A DNA stretch of 62,830 nucleotides, counting the filler, from Asterionella formosa (Eukaryota): NCBI GenBank assembly GCA_002256025.1. It is 4 parts of 4 records of this genome, joined end to end, with 100 filler letters (N's around TTAATTAATTAA, not from the genome) between each part and the next. Parts side by side here need not be neighbours in the genome. Positions count along the whole stretch, not along the records: positions 1 to 15,657 come from NKIB01005332.1; 3 more parts are not named here. One strand, 5' to 3'. A program made the position numbers and the translations under genes. The notes under the pieces are model-generated. The model searched no databases, was not told where the DNA came from, and saw only the letters and a program-made list of their open reading frames with translations. Shown here piece after piece: positions 1-9,839 of this stretch (position 1 is its first letter; each line of letters starts with the position of its first letter).

Positions 1-1292
1 TAAGAGTAGGAAGACATAGAAGAAAAGGAGGGCAGATGTGATTTAGGATGAAGGTGATGAAGAGACTGCTGAAAACCATATTGGCTGGGAGCTGGACAGG
101 GACAGATTGGTAGTACCCAAGTGGGAGTTGATGAGCGATGACTGGCTGAGTACCCCTAGAGTATCAGTATTACCACTGCTTCTTTGCCGTGGTCTGCTGG
201 AATAAGTAGCTAGTGCATGTGGTGGTTGCGATTTTTGTCATCCTGCAGTGCATCTTCAAACAAAGTTTTCTCATTGGCCGCCAAGAATTGTTGTTTCACT
301 CAGTTTTTTCATCGCCTATTCCCAGCATTGTTCCAACTCTTGATTTCATGTGAAGAAACCCTTTTAGACCCTTTTAGGGCCTTTTAGGGAACCATTGATT
401 TCCTCAAGAGATATTTCAAGTGCTTTCAAGTTGTGGGGTTGCTTTGCTGGTTTGATGAAAATTTGTAGTCCAGCTGAGATACCATCAACACTCTCCCCCA
501 ACAACAGTGCTCCCAAGAAGAGGACTGCCATATGTGAATAACATCACTTATAGCCAACACGAAACCCAGCGTTTCGTTTTTAGTCACAGACACGCAGTGG
601 TAACTGTTCTAAAATTTGTAGCACGTTGTGCCATCACCATACGACATTTTCCAAGTTTATTTGTGTTGAACCACAGCCAATATACCATATATATGTACAC
701 TATAGCTAATAGTATTTACCTGAAAGGTCTTAACGAGTATAACTATAGTTTGAATGCATATAGCAAAGGGAGATTGATCAGGATAGTGCACCTATCCAGA
801 GAACATTGCAGCTGTCATGGTACAATCCTTGAAAGTACCAGGAAAGACAGGATAATTTGTAAATAGTATCCTATATAATGAGTGCTTATCTAAGTGCAAC
901 CAATATTAATCTGTTCACATGTGTCATGTGAACGATGACATTGCAAATTCTATGGTATCAGAATATGTCCTGCTTTGCCCTGTGGCTTGCTATGTTTGCA
1001 TGTAGATCGACTGTAACAATCAACATAGAAATCCTTGGATACCAGTATCTTCTTTCCCTTTTTTAAAACTTACAAATTTAAAACTAATGGTGCATATACT
1101 TAGACCCAGATACTTTTCAAGATAATCTTACTAGTATTAGTAATATAAAGCAATTTGCAATTCCAAACAGGCATTAGTCTCATGTAGAAATTATAAAAAC
1201 TATTAGGTTGGAATCAGAATGGTGGCATTGGTTGGCCGTTGCTTTTAACACACAAACCATCATGTTGCAGTAAAGTATTTAGTAATCATCAT

Positions 1293-3740
1293 TTAGATTC
1301 GCTGAACATGTCGAATTCCCAACAAGTTAAAGCACTCTTGCATGGCCATTGTCGTGGCCTTGCACAAGAGCAATCGACTATTCATTTCAGGTGACCCCAA
1401 TACCTTGCATTGTGTACAAAATTCAGATGCTGTCGTGGACAAATTGTACACGTAGTCACAAATATGGTAGGGGTACAAGTCATCCAACGTCAATGCCATG
1501 ATATCTGTAAACTGTTGCAACACTAGTGCTAAATTTCGTTCAGCCGGATGAGAAATCACAATGCGAGAATTGTGTAGCTCGTCCACATCGACATGGTACT
1601 CTTCCTTCGCCTTGGTAAGGATAGACGCGAGACGGGCGTTCGCGTATAAGAGGTAGACAGCAGTATTGCCTTTGGTGTCCAACATTTGATCGTACGAGAA
1701 CTTGTAATTCGTGGTGGGATTGCGACGGAGATCAAAGTATCGGACAGCAGAGTAGCCAATGGCTTCCGCCACAGAATGAACTTCTTCTGGTGTGATACTT
1801 GCCTTTCCGTCGGTGATACGTTCGTTTAACGTTGCTTCCATGCGGAAGACTGCTTCATCCAGCAAGTCAACTAGACGGACCGTATCTCCAGAGCGAGTTT
1901 TGAATCGTTTACCATCTTCGCCTTGGACTGTTCCAAATCCAATGTGTTCCAAGGATTGGTTGTTTTGCACCCAACCAATATTGCGAGCTGCTTGATTGCA
2001 CATCTTAAAGTGATCGCCTTGAGAAAAGTCTGTGATTGCAATGATACGACTAGCATTCAACGTGTGAAGGCGATACTTGAGGGCTGCCATGTCTGTCGAA
2101 TCGTACCCAAAGCCACCATCACTCTTTTGCAACATTAAAGGAATTTGAGCCCCCTCCAAAAAGACACACTTGGCTCCTCCTTCCTCCAACTGAATCATGC
2201 CAGCCTTTTCAAATTCTTCAATGACAGCAGGAATTTTGTCATTATAAAAGGACTCTCCACATTCATGTACCGTGACGTCCAATCTGTCATATACTTTTTG
2301 AAATTCTTTGCGACTAATGTCACATAGAATTCTCCAAATCTTGAGACACTCGTCATCTCCGCTTTGCAATTTCACAACATTAAGTTGTGCCACCTTTTTA
2401 AATTCAGCATCGTCGTCAAATTTCTGCTTCGCATTCTTATAAAATCCAGTCAAGTCCGTAATGTTTGGCATGTTATCTCCAAAGTTTGGAAATTCTTCCT
2501 TTAGGTATTGAATCAACATTCCAAACTGCGTTCCCCAATCTCCCACGTGATTGACCCGATGCACCGTATGACCCACAGCTTCCAAAATCCGACAGACGGA
2601 TTCTCCAATAATGGTGGATCGCAAATGTCCTACATGCATTTCCTTGGCAATGTTGGGTGATGAAAAGTCCACCAAACAAATGGTAGGAGTCACCTTGGGC
2701 ATGGGCAACTTTTTTGCTGCAAGATAGGTATTGACATGATGTTCCAAAAAGGCACTTTGAATTCGACACAAGACAAAGCCAGGTCCATTGACAGTCACAT
2801 CTGACACAACGGCATGGTTGGTTCCCAATGTTTCCACCAAGGCCTTGGCAATATCTTGAGGTGACTGAATTCCCTGTGTCCCCTTGAGTGTCTTGAAGAG
2901 CGACATGGCAGCAGTACATTGGTAGTCCCCATGTTTCGGATTGGCACATTTCGCAATCCAATTGTTTGTGGGTAGTTCCACGTCTTGTCCATACAAGTCA
3001 TGGAGGGCTGCACGAAAAACAGCCGTTACCATAGTGTCCAAGGACGATTCAGTCATGTCAAGTGGTGTAGTGCCAAATGTAGCGAGATGTTCTTTGGCAG
3101 CTGCAATGGCAGGCATATGCGAGTCCAAGTATGCCTGGACTGCTGGTGGTAGTTTAATTTCACCCCCAAGAGTAGATAGTGTTGCTGCCACAACAATATC
3201 TGCCACCGTTGTGGCATGTCCCACCAAATGAAAGTGACCATGATGCTGTAGTTTCGTGTCCAATGTGGTGAGTGCCGCAGCAATACTCTTCAATGAATGG
3301 CTTTTGACTTGCTTACGAAGGGTCGAACGTTCCCATTCACACCATTCGTCAACGATGGGATCCTCCACGAGTGTGTTGCTGGCAGTTGGTGCCATCCAAC
3401 GAATGGCTTGAGCCACGCTGTTGCCACCCGAGCCCAGAGTCACTTGATCGCCAAAGACAAGGGCCGTTTCAGGAAAGGAAGCTTTTCCTTTTGTTAGCGG
3501 GACATGGAACTGCTGCGACGCCCACATGGCCTTGATGGATGCGAGTGAGTCAGGAGACGCATTGACGAGGAGTAGTTTGGTAGGCATTGTGCGTTTGACG
3601 GCAGCAACCTCAGCGTCAGGAGTTTTGCAATCGGTAAGTTGTTGTTGTGAGCCATCAGTCGAAGCCTTTTCCGCCTTCTTCGCAAGTTTCTTTAGTTCTC
3701 CCTTGGAAGGGCCTTTCGATTCTTCTCCTGTAGTCGCCAT
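1293..3740 (-). CDS. RARS: Arginyl-tRNA synthetase with N-terminal Lys-rich helix and GST-like domain
   Basis: 815-aa intronless ORF; class I motifs VDFSSPNIAKEMHVGHLRSTIIG (HIGH), NHVGDWGTQFG, KRFKTRSG, and DALR anticodon domain (GNTAVYLLY, HPAERNL). Confidence 0.97.
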   Translation of the reverse strand: MATTGEESKGPSKGELKKLAKKAEKASTDGSQQQLTDCKTPDAEVAAVKRTMPTKLLLVNASPDSLASIKAMWASQQFHVPLTKGKASFPETALVFGDQVTLGSGGNSVAQAIRWMAPTASNTLVEDPIVDEWCEWERSTLRKQVKSHSLKSIAAALTTLDTKLQHHGHFHLVGHATTVADIVVAATLSTLGGEIKLPPAVQAYLDSHMPAIAAAKEHLATFGTTPLDMTESSLDTMVTAVFRAALHDLYGQDVELPTNNWIAKCANPKHGDYQCTAAMSLFKTLKGTQGIQSPQDIAKALVETLGTNHAVVSDVTVNGPGFVLCRIQSAFLEHHVNTYLAAKKLPMPKVTPTICLVDFSSPNIAKEMHVGHLRSTIIGESVCRILEAVGHTVHRVNHVGDWGTQFGMLIQYLKEEFPNFGDNMPNITDLTGFYKNAKQKFDDDAEFKKVAQLNVVKLQSGDDECLKIWRILCDISRKEFQKVYDRLDVTVHECGESFYNDKIPAVIEEFEKAGMIQLEEGGAKCVFLEGAQIPLMLQKSDGGFGYDSTDMAALKYRLHTLNASRIIAITDFSQGDHFKMCNQAARNIGWVQNNQSLEHIGFGTVQGEDGKRFKTRSGDTVRLVDLLDEAVFRMEATLNERITDGKASITPEEVHSVAEAIGYSAVRYFDLRRNPTTNYKFSYDQMLDTKGNTAVYLLYANARLASILTKAKEEYHVDVDELHNSRIVISHPAERNLALVLQQFTDIMALTLDDLYPYHICDYVYNLSTTASEFCTQCKVLGSPEMNSRLLLCKATTMAMQECFNLLGIRHVQRI

Positions 3741-4409
3741 TCTAAATTGCTGTTGTTGTCGTCGTTGTTGTTTCGTAAGTTATCTTTAGCTAGTGTGGTA
3801 CGAAAACAGCAATAATAAAAAATAAAAAATATATAATAATCGAACAAAATGGAATGTGCGGCTATAATATATTCTGATATGCAGGAGTAAATATACATGT
3901 CATACGCGTCAGCAATACGTAAGTTAGTGTAGGACGTGATGGATATTTTGAGAAATTTAGCTTTTTTATCATCAAAGGAAAATACGTCCGTACCGGTNNN
4001 NNNNNNNNNNNNNNNNNNNNNNNNNNNNNNNNNNNNNNNNNNNNNNNNNNNNNNNNNNNNNNNNNNNNNNNNNNNNNNNNNNNNNNNNNNNNNNNNNNNN
4101 NNNNNNNNNNNNNNNNNNNNNNNNNNNNNNNNNNNNNNNNNNNNNNNNNNNNNNNNNNNNNNNNNNNNNNNNNNNNNNNNNNNNNNNNNNNNNNNNNNNN
4201 NNNNNNNNNNNNNNNNNNNNNNNNNNNNNNNNNNNNNNNNNNNNNNNNNNNNNNNNNNNNNNNNNNNNNNNNNNNNNNNNNNNNNNNNNNNNNNNNNNNN
4301 NNNNNNNNNNNNNNNNNNNNNNNNNNNNNNNNNNNNNNNNNNNNNNNNNNNNNNNNNNNNNNNNNNNNNNNNNNNNNNNNNNNNNNNNNNNNNNNNNNNN
4401 NNNNGCAAG

Positions 4410-5198
4410 ATGGGTTCAGGTGCAATGTGGGACAAGGCAGAGGACGAGGCCCTCTGTCGGTCCTGGATGGCAGCTAATGAAGATGCAATCAATGGGACTG
4501 GTCAGAAGGCAAGCAAGTTTTGGGGCCGGGTGTTTGAGATATATGTTGGTCTCATCCCGGATGGAAAAGAGCGAACATCCACAGCATGCACTGCTCGATG
4601 GGGAACAATCAGCCATGAGGTGACAAAGTTCAGCGCCCTATTTGCACAGGTTACAGCCGTTGAGAAGACAGGATGGACGGAGTATAATTACTTTGTAGAA
4701 GCTATGGAGCTGTTTAAATCGGAGGGAAAAGGAAAGAAACTGGGTAGAGAGTTTGCTTTCGAAGGGTGTTGGAGGATTCTTAAGGAAGACCCCAAGTGGA
4801 AGGGTGGTTGCAGTTATATTCGTGACCGAAAAAGGTCGAAGGGTGACGATTTGGATTTGCGTACCGTAAGGGCAAAAGCAGCAAAAAAAGAAAAGCAGTT
4901 TTCAAGTGCTCGGCTTGTTATCAAACAGAAGCATGTTATGATTCTAGAGAAACAGGTGAAGACACAACGTGATGAGTTTCTGTTCAAGATTTTTTCGATG
5001 AATAGGGATTCAGAGCAAGCCAAAAGGTGGTTTGCTGTAAAGGCTCAAGAGGCAATGGATGAGCTTGATGAGTTTGGGAAACCTCCACCCAAAAAGGCAA
5101 CGACCGATTTATTGGATGCAGGCAGTTCAGTAGAAATCGAAATGACAACTTCCCATTCATCATCTACTGATGATGATGATTCGATTCTAGACAACTGA
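4410..5198 (+). CDS. Myb/SANT-like, NAM-associated-type protein (PIF/Harbinger accessory ORF); 5' end may extend into the gap
   Basis: WDKAEDEALCRSW...GTGQKASKFWGRV...RW...VTKF...F(AF)EGCWRILKEDPKW is the typical pattern of Harbinger-associated Myb/SANT proteins; first ATG after the N gap at 4410. Confidence 0.8.
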   Translation: MGSGAMWDKAEDEALCRSWMAANEDAINGTGQKASKFWGRVFEIYVGLIPDGKERTSTACTARWGTISHEVTKFSALFAQVTAVEKTGWTEYNYFVEAMELFKSEGKGKKLGREFAFEGCWRILKEDPKWKGGCSYIRDRKRSKGDDLDLRTVRAKAAKKEKQFSSARLVIKQKHVMILEKQVKTQRDEFLFKIFSMNRDSEQAKRWFAVKAQEAMDELDEFGKPPPKKATTDLLDAGSSVEIEMTTSHSSSTDDDDSILDN

Positions 5199-5318
5199 CC
5201 AACTAGAGTTTTAAAATGGCTCGATTTCATTCTATTACATTGCTAGTATCACTTCATTGTTTCTCATTCATAACTTACAAAATTGCGATTTAAAACATTA
5301 TAATCAAATAACTACATG

Positions 5319-5575
5319 CTATTTGTCCTCATTTTGAATCCACAAGTGTTGGATCAAATTGTTGTATGCACATTGTTTTGGCTCAAATCGTCAATCAAAA
5401 ATCCATCCTGAATATTATCAAAAAATATACGTTTGTATTTCACTCTTCTTCAATGATCATGTTATTTAATGCATCCAACGAGGAACAGAGCCGTTTTGAA
5501 TATCATGAATAGAATAGCTGGACAAACTTAGGTAATTTTGCTGGACTGCGTTCTTAATAGGATGTTTCCCACTAT
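5319..5575 (-). pseudogene. Decayed C-terminus of a PIF/Harbinger DDE transposase
   Basis: Minus-strand fragments ALNNMIIEEE (5472-5443) and NNLIQHLWIQNEDK* (ending 5319) resemble the LHNMIVEDE and DLIEHLW motifs of Harbinger transposases; stops and frameshifts between them; tail-to-tail with the Myb ORF. Confidence 0.6.
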
Positions 5576-5636
5576 AGTTGATTGAACGCTTTTACATAAA
5601 AATATTAAGTAATAATATGCAAATCAACAAGATTGT

Positions 5637-7475
5637 TTATCTACGGTACCCCCCACGGCCTCCTCCTCCTCTGCCGCCACCACGGCCCCCAGAATATCCA
5701 CCACGTCCTCCACGACCACCAGAATATCCACCTCGTCCTCCACGACCACCACCTCCACCAAATCCGCCACCAAATCGACCTCTGGGGACCATTTGTTCTA
5801 ACCCTGCAGGGATCTCTTGTTCTGCCTTGGTCAGCACTTCCACCAATTGTCGGGCACTCTTACGATCACCTTGAGTAAAAAATGTATACGCCTTTCCCTT
5901 GGCACCCGCACGTCCCGTTCGACCAATTCGATGAACATAGTCTTCCACGGCATTCACACCGGAAGGCATGTCGTAGTTTACCACAACGCCAACATCCTTA
6001 ACATCAAGGCCTCTCGCGGCAACATCAGTGGCGATCAACAGTTTCAATGAACCTGTTTTGAATGCTTGCATCACCTTGGTACGTTCCCATTGAGGACGGT
6101 CACCATGAAGGCAGTCCACAGCAAACCCTTCATCCCAAAGTAGGTTGGACAAGTCGTTGCAAGAGTATTTTCTTGCAACAAAGACAATGACCTTGGCATG
6201 TTGCTTACCGTCACTGACAGGGGGAGGAGTAGCGTCGCTTCCTTTAGGACGTTTTTCGGCTTCACCAATGAGCTCATTCAAGATTTCCTTAAGCTTTTCT
6301 TGCTTGTCACGGTCATCGCAAATGACAATGGTCTGCTTGATATCCTTGTTGGCAACCAGAGAATCCACCTCACCGACATTGATTTGAATGGGGTCTTTCA
6401 GAAAGTCAAATGCCAAACGCTGAATCTCCTTTGGCCATGTCGCTGAGAACAAGAGTGTTTGGTGCGGATCAGGAACATTCGTAAGAATGGATCTAATTTG
6501 AGGCTCAAATCCCATATCCAACATTCGATCGGCTTCGTCCAGAACCACGTAATTAATGGCTCCCAATCGGACCTTTCTCATTTCGATTAAATCATTCAGT
6601 CTTCCTGGAGTAGCAATAATTATATCGACACCGCGGTCTAGGGCTTGTATTTGAGGATATTTAGGAGCACCACCGTAACAGCAGAGGGCACGAATGCCAA
6701 GAGGACGACCAAACTTTTGAGCTTCCTCCATGATTTGAACCGCGAGCTCGCGTGTGGGTGCAAGGACGAGCAAGACAGGGTCCTTGGAAGGTTTGGCAGT
6801 CCCACGTTTCGTAAGGTGTTGATGAATGCACGGCAAGAGAAAGCCACATGTTTTTCCTGATCCAGTTCTGGCAATGCAAATCATATCCTTTCCTTGAATC
6901 GCAATCGGCCAAGCCTGTGTATATTGCAATGAAGATGTGTTGATGCGAATGTACTTGTTAGAAACCGAGCATATTCCCATTTTCGTTTCCAGTTGAGATA
7001 GTTTCCCACTTACCTGACTCTGAATATGAGTCGGAGTAGCATAACCAGCCGTCTTAATGGCTCGCTGAATGGCATCCCCAAATGGTGCTTCGTTAAACTG
7101 CCGGTAGGGAGCCGTAATGTCCTTGCCTTGTGCAGCGCCGTGACCACGCACAGTAATGCTGTGCTCAGCTCTCCATGCATCTGGCGATTGATGCTCGCAT
7201 TCAACCTTTTTCTCCTCACTCGCATCCATTGAGCGAGTGCGTCTCTTCTTGGTAGACACCTCCTCCTCGCCTCCTAGATCCTTGCTCCAAGTACGCATTC
7301 TCTTCATATCTTCCTTATGCTCCACGCTTTCCAACTTGTCGGCTTCTCGCTTCTTTTGGGATCCATTCTTCAGGCTCTTTTTGTGCTCTTCATAACTGAT
7401 TCCCAGCTTTTCTGCTTCTTCCTTGAGAGCCGCCTTGCGGGCTCGTTTGATAGCTTTGTCGTCGTCGGCGCTCAT
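5637..7475 (-). CDS. DEAD-box RNA helicase, DBP2/DDX5-like, with RGG tail; exons 7475-7014 and 6914-5637
   Basis: Motifs ARTGSGKT, PTRELA, TPGRL, DEAD, SAT, HGD, ARGLD, HRIGRTGR. Removing a 99-nt GTAAGT...CAG intron (7013-6915) restores the Q motif PTHIQSQAWP. Confidence 0.93.
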   Translation of the reverse strand: MSADDDKAIKRARKAALKEEAEKLGISYEEHKKSLKNGSQKKREADKLESVEHKEDMKRMRTWSKDLGGEEEVSTKKRRTRSMDASEEKKVECEHQSPDAWRAEHSITVRGHGAAQGKDITAPYRQFNEAPFGDAIQRAIKTAGYATPTHIQSQVSGKLSQLETKMGICSVSNKYIRINTSSLQYTQAWPIAIQGKDMICIARTGSGKTCGFLLPCIHQHLTKRGTAKPSKDPVLLVLAPTRELAVQIMEEAQKFGRPLGIRALCCYGGAPKYPQIQALDRGVDIIIATPGRLNDLIEMRKVRLGAINYVVLDEADRMLDMGFEPQIRSILTNVPDPHQTLLFSATWPKEIQRLAFDFLKDPIQINVGEVDSLVANKDIKQTIVICDDRDKQEKLKEILNELIGEAEKRPKGSDATPPPVSDGKQHAKVIVFVARKYSCNDLSNLLWDEGFAVDCLHGDRPQWERTKVMQAFKTGSLKLLIATDVAARGLDVKDVGVVVNYDMPSGVNAVEDYVHRIGRTGRAGAKGKAYTFFTQGDRKSARQLVEVLTKAEQEIPAGLEQMVPRGRFGGGFGGGGGRGGRGGYSGGRGGRGGYSGGRGGGRGGGGRGGYRR

Positions 7476-8308
7476 GGTCTCTTCAACAACAACAACAACA
7501 AAAAACTGTCGTCTAATTTGTTTTNNNNNNNNNNNNNNNNNNNNNNNNNNNNNNNNNNNNNNNNNNNNNNNNNNNNNNNNNNNNNNNNNNNNNNNNNNNN
7601 NNNNNNNNNNNNNNNNNNNNNNNNNNNNNNNNNNNNNNNNNNNNNNNNNNNNNNNNNNNNNNNNNNNNNNNNNNNNNNNNNNNNNNNNNNNNNNNNNNNN
7701 NNNNNNNNNNNNNNNNNNNNNNNNNNNNNNNNNNNNNNNNNNNNNNNNNNNNNNNNNNNNNNNNNNNNNNNNNNNNNNNNNNNNNNNNNNNNNNNNNNNN
7801 NNNNNNNNNNNNNNNNNNNNNNNNNNNNNNNNNNNNNNNNNNNNNNNNNNNNNNNNNNNNNNNNNNNNNNNNNNNNNNNNNNNNNNNNNNNNNNNNNNNN
7901 NNNNNNNNNNNNNNNNNNNNNNNNNNNNNNNNNNNNNNNNNNNNNNNNNNNNNNNNNNNNNNNNNNNNNNNNNNNNNNNNNNNNNNNNNNNNNNNNNNNN
8001 NNNNNNNNNNNNNNNNNNNNNNNNNNNNNNNNNNNNNNNNNNNNNNNNNNNNNNNNNNNNNNNNNNNNNNNNNNNNNNNNNNNNNNNNNNNNNNNNNNNN
8101 NNNNNNNNNNNNNNNNNNNNNNNNNNNNNNNNNNNNNNNNNNNNNNNNNNNNNNNNNNNNNNNNNNNNNNNNNNNNNNNNNNNNNNNNNNNNNNNNNNNN
8201 NNNNNNNNNNNNNNNNNNNNNNNNNNNNNNNNNNNNNNNNNNNNNNTTAGTAAAGCTATTAATTTCGGTTTTTTTACCGAAATACCGGTACCGCAGTTGT
8301 TCATAATC

Positions 8309-9307
8309 ATGATCCTTGCGTTCCCAGCAGCCAGAAATCTTCTGCTGCTCCTCACTATTCTTCTCTTTCAAACTCGAACCATTGTTGGCATGACTTCGAC
8401 AAGTAAAAGTGATACTCCGACGTATAGAATAATTGATTCTCACCTTCACGTTTGGGGAACTGCACAGGATGCAGAGGAGTCTGCCTGTCCGTTTCCATTT
8501 GACAACGCTCCGCCGGCATCCCTGCAAGACAAAGGATCCACACAAGCGTTGTTGGAACACATGGCAGAAGCGGGCGTATCCGGTGCCTTGATTGTCCAAC
8601 CCATCAATTACAAATACGATCACTCGTATGTAATCAATGCACTTCAACAGTATCCCCACACGTTCAAGGGAATGTTGCTGCATGACCCAACGTTGTCCAC
8701 GGACGATGCCATTCGTCGTGTGAAAAGCTTAAAGTTGCAAGGATTTAATAGTGTTCGATTCAATCCCTATTTGTGGCCATTGGAAACAAACATGTCGCAT
8801 GGTGCAGGACTTGCGGTCTACCGACAATGTGCCGAACTGCACATGCCTGTGGGGATAATGTGCTTTCACGGATTGGACTTGCATTACGAAGATATACTGC
8901 AATTGATCCATCACTCACCGAAAACTATATTGATTATGGATCATTTTGGATTTGCAGGCTTTACGGATCGGGGGGAAACGAATTTCGCCAAATTACAAAC
9001 GTTGGCAACGTATCCCAATGTTTACATTAAAATTTCGGCTTTATTTCGCCTGAATGATCCATTTCCATTTGATAGAGTCAAGAAAGAGCGATTCCAACCG
9101 CTGCTAGAAGCATTTGGGAAAGATCGGCTCATGTTTGGGACTGACTTTCCATATGTGTTGGACAAAGTAGAGTCCTACAAAAGTATGATTGAATTGGTCA
9201 CTGCTTGGATGGACACAGACGAGATACGACGAGCAGTCATGGGTGGAACGGCAGAGAAGGTGTTTGGCACATGGGGGACTGGGACCGCCGAGGACGGGGA
9301 ATTTTGA
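8309..9307 (+). CDS. Amidohydrolase family (Amidohydro_2 type) with N-terminal signal-like peptide
   Basis: IIDSHLHVW metal motif, GALIVQPIN, VRFNPYLWP, MDHFGF, KISA, MFGTDFP; first ATG at 8309 followed by a hydrophobic stretch. Confidence 0.88.
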   Translation: MILAFPAARNLLLLLTILLFQTRTIVGMTSTSKSDTPTYRIIDSHLHVWGTAQDAEESACPFPFDNAPPASLQDKGSTQALLEHMAEAGVSGALIVQPINYKYDHSYVINALQQYPHTFKGMLLHDPTLSTDDAIRRVKSLKLQGFNSVRFNPYLWPLETNMSHGAGLAVYRQCAELHMPVGIMCFHGLDLHYEDILQLIHHSPKTILIMDHFGFAGFTDRGETNFAKLQTLATYPNVYIKISALFRLNDPFPFDRVKKERFQPLLEAFGKDRLMFGTDFPYVLDKVESYKSMIELVTAWMDTDEIRRAVMGGTAEKVFGTWGTGTAEDGEF

Positions 9308-9839
9308 AGAGTGTTTCATACCACAATGGTGGAAAACAAACAATCATTTTGATTTTTGGTCGTTCCCCCTTCCCAAGTTACCCACACGCTTAGTGAAGCA
9401 TGTTCATTTGTTCGTACTGCATAGGGCAAGGATTAAACGGGCAAATTGGGACTAGCCAAAGGGGTTGTTAAAGGGTTATATGTACCTTACCAGACAGAAC
9501 TGATGAAAGAGGAAGGTGGATTCACATCTGTCTCATTTTTTCATACAGATGTTCAGAAGACCGTAAATCAATTTTTTTCAAAGCAAGGATGTAGCCCAGA
9601 TTGAAGCATGAATGAGAAAATATCAGACAACACCATCCCAAGATATTCGATTCACATCTATTTTAGCCTAGATTGTTATTGTAAGCTTTAATCAGACACA
9701 CTTTATCTGATGATAGACTAGACTAATCCTATATAGTAACCTCATTTATCAAGTACTTGAGATTACACTATTGCTGGCAGGGTAGCCTGCATAGTGCTTC
9801 CTGGTGTTGTGAAATACACACCAACCCAGTAACAATCCA

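Noticed and set aside
1..1250. 119-aa ORF (507-866) and CCTTTTAG x3 at 359-388
   Set aside because: CpG-poor, likely decayed repeat; no family identifiable.
5578..5874. Pro-rich extensin-like ORF
   Set aside because: Antisense shadow of the helicase RGG tail.
7317..8683. Long ORFs spanning N gaps (also near 3.7-4.5, 14.0-14.5, 24.9-25.4 and 42.8-43.4 kb)
   Set aside because: Open only because Ns hide stop codons.
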